DNA from: Geopsychrobacteraceae bacterium
Lineage (GTDB): Bacteria; Desulfobacterota; Desulfuromonadia; Desulfuromonadales; Geopsychrobacteraceae
DNA: 64,000 nt
Direction: 5' to 3'
Assembly (NCBI GenBank): GCA_963676795.2
Contig: CAXXTB010000002.1
Span: 672,001-736,000, forward strand
The stretch's first letter is position 1. Every line of letters begins with the position of its first letter. Under the pieces are notes generated by a model. The model was not told the origin of the DNA and did no database searches. It saw only the letters and a program-made list of their open reading frames with translations. The position numbers were made by a program, and so were the translations under genes. Shown here piece by piece: positions 38,320 to 47,118 of this stretch.

Positions 38320-39629
38320 ATATCGTTGTTGTCGGACTCAGTCATAAGAGTGCTCCGGTGGAGATCAGGGAGAAGGTTGCCTTTCCTGCTTCCGAGTTAG
38401 CCGCGCCACTGCAACAGATGCTGGCGCTGCCGTCGATTTCGGAGGGGCTGATCCTGTCAACCTGCAACAGGGTTGAGCTCTACGCCGTCTGCACCCGGGT
38501 CGAAGCGGGGATCGTTGAATTGCGCCAGTTTATCGCCGGTTATCATGGCCTTTCAAGCGCAGAACTCAATCCGCACCTCTACGACCTGGCCGGTGACGCT
38601 GCCCTCCGCCATGTTCTGCGGGTTGCCGCCAGTCTTGATTCGATGGTCGTGGGAGAGCCGCAGATCCTCGGCCAGCTCAAGGCGGCCTATGGCTACGCCA
38701 GTGAATTCAAAAGTTCCGGAATCATCCTCAATCGGTTTCTGCATAAAGCCTTTTCGGCGGCCAAGCGGGTTCGCACCGAGACGAAGATCGCCAGTCACGC
38801 CGTGTCCATCTCCTTTGCCGCGGTAGAGCTGGCGCGCAAGATCTTCGATTCTTTCGAGGACAAGACCGTTATGCTCATCGGCGCCGGTGAAATGTGTGAA
38901 CTGGCGGCCCGACATTTTATCAACAACGGTGTCGCCCGGGTACTGGTCACCAACCGGACCTTCAGCCGCGCCGAGAAACTTGCTGACGAGTTTAACGGAC
39001 AGGCGATTCCCTTCGAGTCGTTTGCTGATGAGCTGCAGCGTGTCGATATCGTGCTCTCTTCGACCGGTGCCCCCGGCTACGTGCTGTCGGCCAGGCAGCT
39101 GAAAACCCTCAGCCGAGAGCGCCGCTACCGGCCGATGTTTCTGATCGACATCGCCGTGCCGCGCGACATCGATCCGGCGACCAACAAGCTCGATAATTTT
39201 TATCTCTATGATGTCGATGACCTGCAGGGGGTCGTCCAGGCCAACATCAAGGAGCGTCAGAAGGAAGCGGCCAAGGCGGAAAAGATTGTCGACGAGGAGG
39301 TCGGCCAGTTTCAGGGCTGGCTGGCGACTCTCGGGGTCAAGCCGACCATTGTCGCCCTGCGCGGACAGGTCGAAGAACTGCGCCGCTCTGAGCTGAACAA
39401 GGTCCTCGCCCAGCTGGGGCATCTGGATGACAGGGACAAACAGGCGATCGAGGCCTTTTCCAGCGCGCTGATCAACAAGATTCTTCATCAGCCGACCAGC
39501 GTTCTCAGGCAGGCGAGCCTTGGGCCGGAAGGCAATGGCTATATCGATGCCGTCAGGATGCTGTTCGGCCTGCCGGGCAGCGGCCAGCAGGAGTTTGATG
39601 CGGATGATTACACTGATTTCAACGAATAA
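38316..39629 (+). CDS. hemA: Glutamyl-tRNA reductase
   Basis: GLSHKSAPVEIREK, LSTCNRVE, SLDSMVVGEPQILGQ, IGAGEM, DIAVPRD. Confidence 0.97.
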   Translation: MNIVVVGLSHKSAPVEIREKVAFPASELAAPLQQMLALPSISEGLILSTCNRVELYAVCTRVEAGIVELRQFIAGYHGLSSAELNPHLYDLAGDAALRHVLRVAASLDSMVVGEPQILGQLKAAYGYASEFKSSGIILNRFLHKAFSAAKRVRTETKIASHAVSISFAAVELARKIFDSFEDKTVMLIGAGEMCELAARHFINNGVARVLVTNRTFSRAEKLADEFNGQAIPFESFADELQRVDIVLSSTGAPGYVLSARQLKTLSRERRYRPMFLIDIAVPRDIDPATNKLDNFYLYDVDDLQGVVQANIKERQKEAAKAEKIVDEEVGQFQGWLATLGVKPTIVALRGQVEELRRSELNKVLAQLGHLDDRDKQAIEAFSSALINKILHQPTSVLRQASLGPEGNGYIDAVRMLFGLPGSGQQEFDADDYTDFNE

Positions 39630-39638
39630 GGAGTAAGG

Positions 39639-40595
39639 ATGTCTGAACGGACTTTGAGAATCGGAACGCGCGCCAGTGCCCTGGCGCTGTGGCAGGCAAA
39701 CTGGGTCAAGGATCGTCTTGAAGAGCGCTATCCGGACTTAAGCGTGACCCTGACCAAGATCCAGACTCAAGGGGACAAGATTCTCGATGTGCCACTGGCC
39801 ATGGTTGGTGGCAAGGGGCTGTTTGTCAAGGAGATCCAGGAAGCGATGCTGCGCGGCGAGATCGATATCGCCGTTCATTCGATGAAGGATGTGCCGACCT
39901 TCTTCCCCGAAGGCACCGGTCTGCGCTGTATCACCGAGCGGGAAGATCCGCGCGATATCATCGTTCTTGGCGACGGCTGCAACAGCTTCAGCGAAATCCG
40001 CCAGAATGGCCGGATCGGCACCTCCTCGCTACGGCGCAAGGCGCAATTGCTGAGCCTCCGCCCCGATCTGCAGATGATCGATATCCGTGGCAATGTCCAG
40101 ACCCGGATCGCCAAGCTCAAGGAAGACAATCTCGATGCTGTCGTGCTGGCGGCAGCCGGGATGCACCGCCTCGGTTTTTCCGACCAGATCGGAGAGTATC
40201 TTGATCCTCAGCTCTGCCTGCCGGCGATCGGCCAGGGCGCTTTGGGGCTGGAGAGCCGTATCGACGACGCCGCGACCAACGAGCTGATCGATTTTCTCAA
40301 CCACCCGCCGACTGCAGCCGCGGTCAATGCCGAGCGCGCCGTGCTGAAGACTCTGGAAGGGGGGTGCCAGGTGCCGATTGCCGCATTCGCCACGGTTGAT
40401 GGCGATCTTTTGCAGTTGGCCGCCCTGGTTTCCGATGTCTTGGGGGAGAAGGTGCTGAAGAAGACTGTCAGCTGCCCTGTCGCGCAGGCGGTTGAGGTTG
40501 GGGTGGGGCTGGCCAGGGACTTGATCGCGGCGGGGGCCGGGGAGATTCTCAACCAGGTCTACGGCTGCGAAACCTTTCCGGACGACAAGGAGTAG
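39639..40595 (+). CDS. hemC: Hydroxymethylbilane synthase
   Basis: IGTRASALALWQ, GKGLFVKE, AVHSMKD, GTSSLRR, EGGCQVP. Confidence 0.97.
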   Translation: MSERTLRIGTRASALALWQANWVKDRLEERYPDLSVTLTKIQTQGDKILDVPLAMVGGKGLFVKEIQEAMLRGEIDIAVHSMKDVPTFFPEGTGLRCITEREDPRDIIVLGDGCNSFSEIRQNGRIGTSSLRRKAQLLSLRPDLQMIDIRGNVQTRIAKLKEDNLDAVVLAAAGMHRLGFSDQIGEYLDPQLCLPAIGQGALGLESRIDDAATNELIDFLNHPPTAAAVNAERAVLKTLEGGCQVPIAAFATVDGDLLQLAALVSDVLGEKVLKKTVSCPVAQAVEVGVGLARDLIAAGAGEILNQVYGCETFPDDKE

Positions 40596-40598
40596 TTC

Positions 40599-41381
40599 TT
40601 GGGGGACTTGCCATTCGCAGGAAAGCGCTTTCTGATCACCCGGCCACAGCAGCAGTCTTCGGAGTTTGAGGATCGGCTTGTCGCCCTGGGGGCCGAGACC
40701 GTCTGTATTCCGACGATCGAGATCGTTGCGCCGCAGAGCTGGCGGGAGCTGGATGCGGCCCTGCGCGACCTCGACGAGTTTGATGTGCTGATCCTGACCT
40801 CAAGCAACGGGGTTGAGGCTTTTTTCGAACGGCTCGAGGTTGCACAGCAGTATATCGGCCTGCTCCGGCAGATGTTCGTTGTTGCCGTGGGGCCCAAGAC
40901 GGCGGCTGCTCTGAAGAGCCAGTGTATCACGGCGGACCTGGTTCCCGCTGATCATCAGGCAGAAGGGATCGTTCAGGCGCTGCTCGAGCGCGGGGTCGCC
41001 GGCCGGAAAATACTCTATCCGCGGGCCGAGATCGCCCGCCCGCTGCTGGTCGACAGTTTGCGTCAGGCCGGTGCCGAGGTTGTCGACCCGGTCGCCTACC
41101 GGACCGTTCTGCCTGCCGGGAATGCACAGCGTATCCGTTCCTGCCTGGAACAGGGCGGGCTCGATGCCATCTGTTTTACCTCTTCATCGACCTTTGAGAA
41201 CCTGCTGGCGATGATCGGTGAGGATTTGCACAGTCTGCAGCGGGATATCCGTTTTTTCTCGATCGGTCCGCAGACCTCGGCGACGATCCGCAGGCATGGT
41301 TTTGCTGTCGATCTCGAACCGCAGCAGTGGACGGTTGCCGCACTGGTCGAAGCTATGCTTGACTATTACAGAGCTGGTTGA
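40599..41381 (+). CDS. hemD: Uroporphyrinogen-III synthase (stand-alone)
   Basis: [33 protein letters not shown]. Confidence 0.92.
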   Translation: MGDLPFAGKRFLITRPQQQSSEFEDRLVALGAETVCIPTIEIVAPQSWRELDAALRDLDEFDVLILTSSNGVEAFFERLEVAQQYIGLLRQMFVVAVGPKTAAALKSQCITADLVPADHQAEGIVQALLERGVAGRKILYPRAEIARPLLVDSLRQAGAEVVDPVAYRTVLPAGNAQRIRSCLEQGGLDAICFTSSSTFENLLAMIGEDLHSLQRDIRFFSIGPQTSATIRRHGFAVDLEPQQWTVAALVEAMLDYYRAG

Positions 41382-41409
41382 TTTTTCTTCCGACGAAGGA
41401 GTTTGGACA

Positions 41410-42384
41410 ATGTATTTTCCCAATTATCGCCCGCGCCGACTGCGGCGCAACGAGACCTTAAGACGCATGGTGCGCGAGACTCATCTGCGTGTCGACGATC
41501 TGATCTATCCGCTGTTCAGCGCCTTTGGTGAGGGGATCCGCAAGGAGATCTCTTCGATGCCGGGGATCTACCAGCAGTCGATCGAGCATGTGGTTGAGGA
41601 GGCAAGGGAAGTCTACGAGCTAGGCATTCCGGCGGTCATCCTGTTCGGGATTCCGGAAACCAAGGATGCCGTCGGCAGCGATGCCTACTGCGAAACGGGG
41701 ATCATCCAGAACACCATCCGGGCGATCAAGAAAGGGGTTCCCGAGCTGATCGTCATCACCGATGTCTGCCTCTGCGAGTATACCGATCATGGTCATTGCG
41801 GGGTGATCAAAAACGGTGATATCGACAACGATGCGACCTTGGAACTGTTGGCCAGGGAGGCACTCTCTCATGTTCAGGCCGGGGCCGATATCGTCGCCCC
41901 GTCCGATATGATGGACGGCCGCGTCGCCGCCATCCGCGATATCCTCGATGAACAGGGTTACACCGATATTCCGATCATGAGTTATGCCGTCAAGTTTGCC
42001 AGCGGTTATTATGGACCATTCCGCGAAGCGGCAGACAGTGCTCCGGAGTTCGGTGACCGGCGCAGTCATCAGATGGATCCGGCCAATCGCCTCGAGGCCC
42101 TGCGTGAAGCTAATCTCGATGTCGCCGAGTCGGCCGATTTCCTGATGGTCAAGCCGGCCCTGGCCTATCTCGATATCCTCCGTGATATCAAGGAGCATTT
42201 CGATCTGCCGCTGGTTACCTACAATGTCTCGGGCGAATACAGCATGATCATGGCCGCTGCCGAGAAAGGGTGGATCGAGGGCGAGCGGGTGATGATGGAA
42301 ACCCTGCTTGGCATGAAGCGCGCCGGGGCCGACCTGATCATTACCTATCACGCGAAACAGGTAGCAAAATTGTTGGGAAAGTGA
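41410..42384 (+). CDS. hemB: Porphobilinogen synthase
   Basis: [43 protein letters not shown] at 41410 follows AAGGAG. Confidence 0.97.
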   Translation: MYFPNYRPRRLRRNETLRRMVRETHLRVDDLIYPLFSAFGEGIRKEISSMPGIYQQSIEHVVEEAREVYELGIPAVILFGIPETKDAVGSDAYCETGIIQNTIRAIKKGVPELIVITDVCLCEYTDHGHCGVIKNGDIDNDATLELLAREALSHVQAGADIVAPSDMMDGRVAAIRDILDEQGYTDIPIMSYAVKFASGYYGPFREAADSAPEFGDRRSHQMDPANRLEALREANLDVAESADFLMVKPALAYLDILRDIKEHFDLPLVTYNVSGEYSMIMAAAEKGWIEGERVMMETLLGMKRAGADLIITYHAKQVAKLLGK

Positions 42385-42414
42385 TAAACGAGACACTTCC
42401 CCTGATGGCTCAGG

Positions 42415-42449
42415 AGAAAAGGCTGTCGCATGGCGACGGCCTTTTCTTG
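42415..42449 (+). terminator. Intrinsic terminator after the hem operon
   Basis: AGAAAAGGCTGTCGC-ATG-GCGACGGCCTTTTCT. Confidence 0.7.
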
Positions 42450-42468
42450 TCTTTTGTCCGTTCGCTGT

Positions 42469-43782
42469 ATGGAGCAACTCTTGCAGAAAAAAACCGCTGA
42501 CGATTGCAATTATTCAGTCTCGACCCTCAGTAACGGGGTGCGCCTGGTCTCAGTGCCGATGCCGCACCTGCATGTCGCCGAGCTGGTCTGTTATTTTGCC
42601 GTCGGCGGACGCTGCGAACCGACAGAACTGTCCGGGATTTCCCATTTTCTCGAGCATATGCTGTTTCGCGGGACGGCCGAATACGCCACCAGTACCGAAT
42701 TGGAGCGGGCCTTTGAGCTGATCGGCGGAGCGGTCAACGCCTCGACCGATGTCGAGTCGACCTGTTTTCACAGCCGCCTGCATCCGGCGCACCTTGGTGA
42801 GGGGATCGCGCTGTTCGCCTCGATGATCAGGCGTCCACGTTTTTACGATATCGATACCGAGCGGCGCATCATTCTCGAAGAGGCGCGCGAGGATTTCAAT
42901 GAGGAGGGGGTCCAGATCAACCAGGACAACCTGATGGTCGGCCTGCTCTGGCCGGATCATCCCCTCGGCGATTCTCTGATCGGTACGCCGGAGACGCTGG
43001 CCGCGATCGATCTTGACCAGCTCAAAAGCTATTTTCACACCTGGTATGTGCCGGAGAACCTGGTGCTCTGCGCTTGCGGGCCGATCGACCAGCAACAGGT
43101 GCTGGCTGCCGTGGAGAAAGAGTTCGGCGACTGGCAGGGGACTTCTGTTCCTGAGGTCCGACCGGCTCCGCAGCCTAGGGCGGACGGTCCCAAGTGCTGC
43201 TGGGTCAATGATTCCGATTCACAGATCAGTCTGCAGCTGGCCTTTGCCTTGCCCGGCCGCAACGATGAGCGCACCCTGGGGGTGCGCCTGCTGCGCCGGA
43301 TTCTCTCCTGGGGGGGCGGTTCGCGCCTGCCGCTGCGCCTGCGCGAAGAGCTGGGCCTGACCTACGCGGTCGAGGCTAACACCTCGATGCTGGGGGACTG
43401 TGGCTATCTGGCTATCGATCTGGCGGTTGCCGCCGAAAACGCTGTTGCCGCGGTCAGAGAGCTGCTCAATGTACTGCGCGAGCTGAAGGAAACCCCGGTT
43501 CCTGGCGATGAGCTCGATGCCGCGATTCGCAGCTACCTCTACGATCTCGAGTTCTCCCAGGATCAGACCGAGGCTCAGGCCGTGCGCTACGGCTGGGGGC
43601 TGCAGGTTGGTTACTTAAGGACCCTGGCCCAGGATCACCGGGAGATTGCCAATGTCACTCCGGCTCTCCTTCAGCAGGTTGCACAGGATTTCCTGACCGG
43701 AGAAGATGCCCATCTGGTCGTCGTCGGTCCCTGGACCAAATCGATTCGCAAGGAGGTCGAGGCGCTGCTCGCTGCTTTCTGA
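42469..43782 (+). CDS. M16 (pitrilysin-family) zinc peptidase
   Basis: Inverted zincin motif HFLEHMLFRGT, GG.VNAST, ERRIILEE, LREELGLTY. Start is uncertain. Confidence 0.9.
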   Translation: MEQLLQKKTADDCNYSVSTLSNGVRLVSVPMPHLHVAELVCYFAVGGRCEPTELSGISHFLEHMLFRGTAEYATSTELERAFELIGGAVNASTDVESTCFHSRLHPAHLGEGIALFASMIRRPRFYDIDTERRIILEEAREDFNEEGVQINQDNLMVGLLWPDHPLGDSLIGTPETLAAIDLDQLKSYFHTWYVPENLVLCACGPIDQQQVLAAVEKEFGDWQGTSVPEVRPAPQPRADGPKCCWVNDSDSQISLQLAFALPGRNDERTLGVRLLRRILSWGGGSRLPLRLREELGLTYAVEANTSMLGDCGYLAIDLAVAAENAVAAVRELLNVLRELKETPVPGDELDAAIRSYLYDLEFSQDQTEAQAVRYGWGLQVGYLRTLAQDHREIANVTPALLQQVAQDFLTGEDAHLVVVGPWTKSIRKEVEALLAAF

Positions 43783-43877
43783 GTCACAGCCTCTTTGCCT
43801 TTTTCCTGCAGACAGAGGGGGCGTCGTTGCGTCCCCTTGAACAACCCGCCTGTCGGCCGATCTGATCGTTTTACTCC

Positions 43878-46685
43878 TTAAATTCCCACCGTTTTGTAGA
43901 GAAAGTTTTTGAAGCGATAGAATTTCTTGCGTTCTTCCGGATCTGTCGAAGCCGGGTCGCAGGCGGCCAGGTAACGGGCCAGTTTCGGCATGTTGGTCGC
44001 GCCTTCGCTGCGCGCCCGGTCGATCAGCTGCAGGACGCTGTCACGCGTCAGTTCCTGTCTGGCGTAGGGGGCGTAGATGGCGTCCCAGAAGCTCAGCGAA
44101 GAATTCTTCAGTTCATGAACGATGGTTTCGATGGTCTGATCGGCCTGCTCTTCGTCTGCGCGGCCGGTTGTCTGCATAAGCGAGGTGCTTTCCAGGGTCT
44201 GTTCGATATCTTCACCGCGGATGATGCGGCTGCGGCGAAAGAGCATGGCGCGCAGCAGGATGCTGCGCAGTTCGCGGATGTTGCCGGTGTAGTGATGCTG
44301 CTGCAGCAGGGCCTTGGCCTTTTCGTTGAGGATCGGGGTGTCCGCCGACTGGTCGGTTTTGTAGTAGGCCTGGAACAGCCGGCCGAGAAAGTGGACCGCC
44401 AGGTCGGGAATGTCCTCGCGCCGTTCGTTCAGCGAAGGCACGCCAATGATCAGTTCCGACAGGCGATGGTAGAGGTCTTCGCGGAATTTTCCTTCCTGAA
44501 TCAGTTGGCGCAGATCCCGGTTGGTGCCGGCGACGAGCAGCACCTGCGAATGGCGGGTGGTGTTTTCACCGAGCCTGACAAATTCACCACTGTCGAGAAA
44601 ACGCAGCAGCTGGACCTGGGTTTTGGGATCGGCGTCACCGATCTCGTCGAGGAAGACAACCCCGCCGTGGGCTTCCTCGAGGATGCCCCGCCGGTCGTTG
44701 TGGGCGCCGGTGAAGGCCCCACGTTTATGGCCGAACAGTTCCGAGTAGGTCAGTTCTCCGCTGTAGGCGGCGATATTGGTTTTCTTCAGCGGCAGGTTCT
44801 CCTGGCCCGGGTGCAGAGTCCGGTAGGTTTGGCTGAGCTGGGCAAACAGGTTGTTGAAGATGAACTCTTTGCCGGCCCCGGTTTCTCCGGTCAGCAGAAT
44901 CGATGGCAGGCCGAGCGGTTCGCCCTGCTCCGGACCGGTTGCTTTACGCCAGTGGCTGATTCTCTGGCAGAGCGGCGGACTGATGCGCTGAATGGTGTTG
45001 ATGATCCGCTGCGTCTTGGCCGAGTTGCCGATGATGTTGCCGAGCCGGTAGGAGGTGATGGTCGGATCGCGGTAGTCGACATCCTGACGCAGCCGCCTGA
45101 CTTCGCTGCTCAGCTGTTCGAGTTTCTGCAGAATCGCCAGGTGGTGGCCGATCATCCGCTCGATGATCAGCAGGATCCGCCTGTGTTCAGCGGTGAAGTA
45201 GTGAGGGCGCAGGCTGTCGAGGCACATGACGGCCAGGACCTCATCGTTGCTGATAATCGGCACGGCGATCTCGCTGCGGATCGCTTCGGTGACCGGCTGG
45301 TAGAAGTATTTGTGCTGTTCAACCTGGTGGCAGTCGTCGAGGATCTCCGGCTGGCGGGTAGTTGCGGCCAGGCCGGTCAGGCTGCGTTGTTCGGGGGGCA
45401 GTTCCATGCCGCCGACCCTGATCGGCTGGATATTCTTTTTCATCCAGTCCTTGTTCTTGGCGCCGATAAGGTTGCCCTGCTGATCTTCAACCAGCAGCCA
45501 GCGCTCACCTTCCAGTTCCCGGACCAGGGCGATACTTCCGGTATCGGCGCCGAGCAGTTGGGTTGCCTTGGACAGAACGCGATGGAGAAAGGAGTTCAGG
45601 CTGTCGCCGGAGTCCTGCAGCAGTTCGCCGATTTCCGAGAGGATCTGGACCTCGAGGTGTTCGTCACCGATCTCCTGAACCACCCGTTGAGCCATTTCTG
45701 CATGGGCCTCGAGCAGGTCGCGCTCGAAGGCTGTGAACTGGTAATGCTCCTTGGTGTAGTAGTTGACCAGGCAGATGATCCGGCGCGTCCGGCTGTCGTA
45801 GCGGGGAACCATGTAGAGCGACTTGAGACCCAGTTCTTCGGTCAGGAAGCGTTTCTGCAGGGTTTCTGCCGGCAGGTTGGTGATGCTCAGTGGCTGCAGC
45901 AGCCGGTCGTCGACAATGACCCCGCGGTGGTCGATATAGCGGGCCGTCAGCGAGCCGCCGGGGCTTAGGTTGATCTGACGCTCCTCTTCGTAGAGCTTGC
46001 TTGCTTCCGGTTCCTTGGAGTAGGAGGCGAGGACTTCGAGGGTCCGCTCCCCTTCAGCCGTGGCCTGAATCGGAACCAGCACCGAGGCCAGGGCGACCTG
46101 GTCGACCAGCTGGGCCGCCGATTTGACCATGAACTGCGCCGCCTCACGTTTTTTCGCTTCGTCAACCCGGCGCGCCAGAAGAAGCTGCTGGCGGTACTTG
46201 CGGGCTCTGTCGAGGGGCAGGGCGGCGTTGCTGAGCAGCGATCTGATCGGGTCCAGAACGGCTGGGCCGGGCAGATCGCCGGCCTTGTCGCGGTCGAGGC
46301 AGAGGACACCTATCGCCCGGCCATGCTGGAGAATCGGCAGCAGGTAGCAGCTGCCGATCCGGTATGCATCGGGAAGCTGTCCCCCTTCCGGGCTGGCGAG
46401 AAAATCGGCGATGGCCTGCTCCTCTTTGAGCTGGTAGGTCTGCGGAACGCTTAGGCTCTTGTCGTTGATCCCGTAGGAGGTCCGCTGAAGCTGGCGCAGC
46501 TCGCTGCATGTTGCCGCCGCACAGCTCAGTGCGCCAATGGTCAGATCTTCGAGGTAGAGACGGCAGCGTCCGCCCGGATTCAGCAGCTCGATGCCGCTCA
46601 GCAGCTGATGGAGGATCTCCTCAAGGTTTTCCTTGCCGAAGTCCTGAAAAGAGGATGGCTGAGATGATGTCGGTTGAGTATTCAT
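43878..46685 (-). CDS. Multi-GAF sigma54-dependent enhancer-binding protein
   Basis: Walker A GETGAGKE, GAFTGA, FLDEIG, AGTNRDL, FREDLYHRL, GNIREL; N-terminal GAF motifs (LLPI...GVLCLD; SEIAVPI). Confidence 0.9.
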   Translation of the reverse strand: MNTQPTSSQPSSFQDFGKENLEEILHQLLSGIELLNPGGRCRLYLEDLTIGALSCAAATCSELRQLQRTSYGINDKSLSVPQTYQLKEEQAIADFLASPEGGQLPDAYRIGSCYLLPILQHGRAIGVLCLDRDKAGDLPGPAVLDPIRSLLSNAALPLDRARKYRQQLLLARRVDEAKKREAAQFMVKSAAQLVDQVALASVLVPIQATAEGERTLEVLASYSKEPEASKLYEEERQINLSPGGSLTARYIDHRGVIVDDRLLQPLSITNLPAETLQKRFLTEELGLKSLYMVPRYDSRTRRIICLVNYYTKEHYQFTAFERDLLEAHAEMAQRVVQEIGDEHLEVQILSEIGELLQDSGDSLNSFLHRVLSKATQLLGADTGSIALVRELEGERWLLVEDQQGNLIGAKNKDWMKKNIQPIRVGGMELPPEQRSLTGLAATTRQPEILDDCHQVEQHKYFYQPVTEAIRSEIAVPIISNDEVLAVMCLDSLRPHYFTAEHRRILLIIERMIGHHLAILQKLEQLSSEVRRLRQDVDYRDPTITSYRLGNIIGNSAKTQRIINTIQRISPPLCQRISHWRKATGPEQGEPLGLPSILLTGETGAGKEFIFNNLFAQLSQTYRTLHPGQENLPLKKTNIAAYSGELTYSELFGHKRGAFTGAHNDRRGILEEAHGGVVFLDEIGDADPKTQVQLLRFLDSGEFVRLGENTTRHSQVLLVAGTNRDLRQLIQEGKFREDLYHRLSELIIGVPSLNERREDIPDLAVHFLGRLFQAYYKTDQSADTPILNEKAKALLQQHHYTGNIRELRSILLRAMLFRRSRIIRGEDIEQTLESTSLMQTTGRADEEQADQTIETIVHELKNSSLSFWDAIYAPYARQELTRDSVLQLIDRARSEGATNMPKLARYLAACDPASTDPEERKKFYRFKNFLYKTVGI

Positions 46686-46701
46686 GGTCAATTTTCACTA
46701 T

Positions 46702-46719
46702 TGAGTAGTTTTTTACTCA
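46702..46719. promoter_or_regulatory. Palindromic operator candidate
   Basis: TGAGTA-N6-TACTCA about 17 nt upstream of the bEBP start codon. Confidence 0.45.
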
Positions 46720-47118
46720 TTTATTTTAGCCCGAGCCTGTCCGAAAAAACTACGTAAAAAACAGAGTTAAAATGATATGTCGATGAGTTCAATGATTACA
46801 ATAAGTTGTGTTTGTTGGCTGGGCTGGGCTGGGGTCTGACAGGGGACTTCAGGATAAGAGATGAACGCTATCCATTGGTTGTTTATGCTTCTAACTTGTT
46901 GATTTTTCGCTGTAATGTTTATTGTTTTACGACCTTATATTCTTTTTATAAAGAAAAAATTATTAACTGGGCGTTTTGCGTTTTTGTCTTGTAAATATTT
47001 GATTATATGTAGTTTTTTGCGATTATTGCTTGAAGGAAAAATGATATTTGCCGATAATGAATTTTACATTTTATAGCTGTTATTGCACGTTACTCTGGAA
47101 GTGAGAGCTTGGTCGATC

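Noticed and set aside
41218..41409. N-terminal extension of HemB in the ORF track; similar extensions at 33784, 32788, 33051 and 62452
   Set aside because: These extensions overlap neighbouring genes or repeats, and downstream ATGs match the family N-termini, most with SD-like sequences.
44115..45968. 617-aa plus-strand ORF
   Set aside because: It lies entirely antisense to the motif-rich sigma54 activator and has no recognisable motifs; a typical shadow ORF in GC-rich DNA.
47053..47071. GATAATGA as a Fur box before the HDOD kinase
   Set aside because: Only one half-site matches, in an AT-rich region, and it overlaps a likely -10 element.
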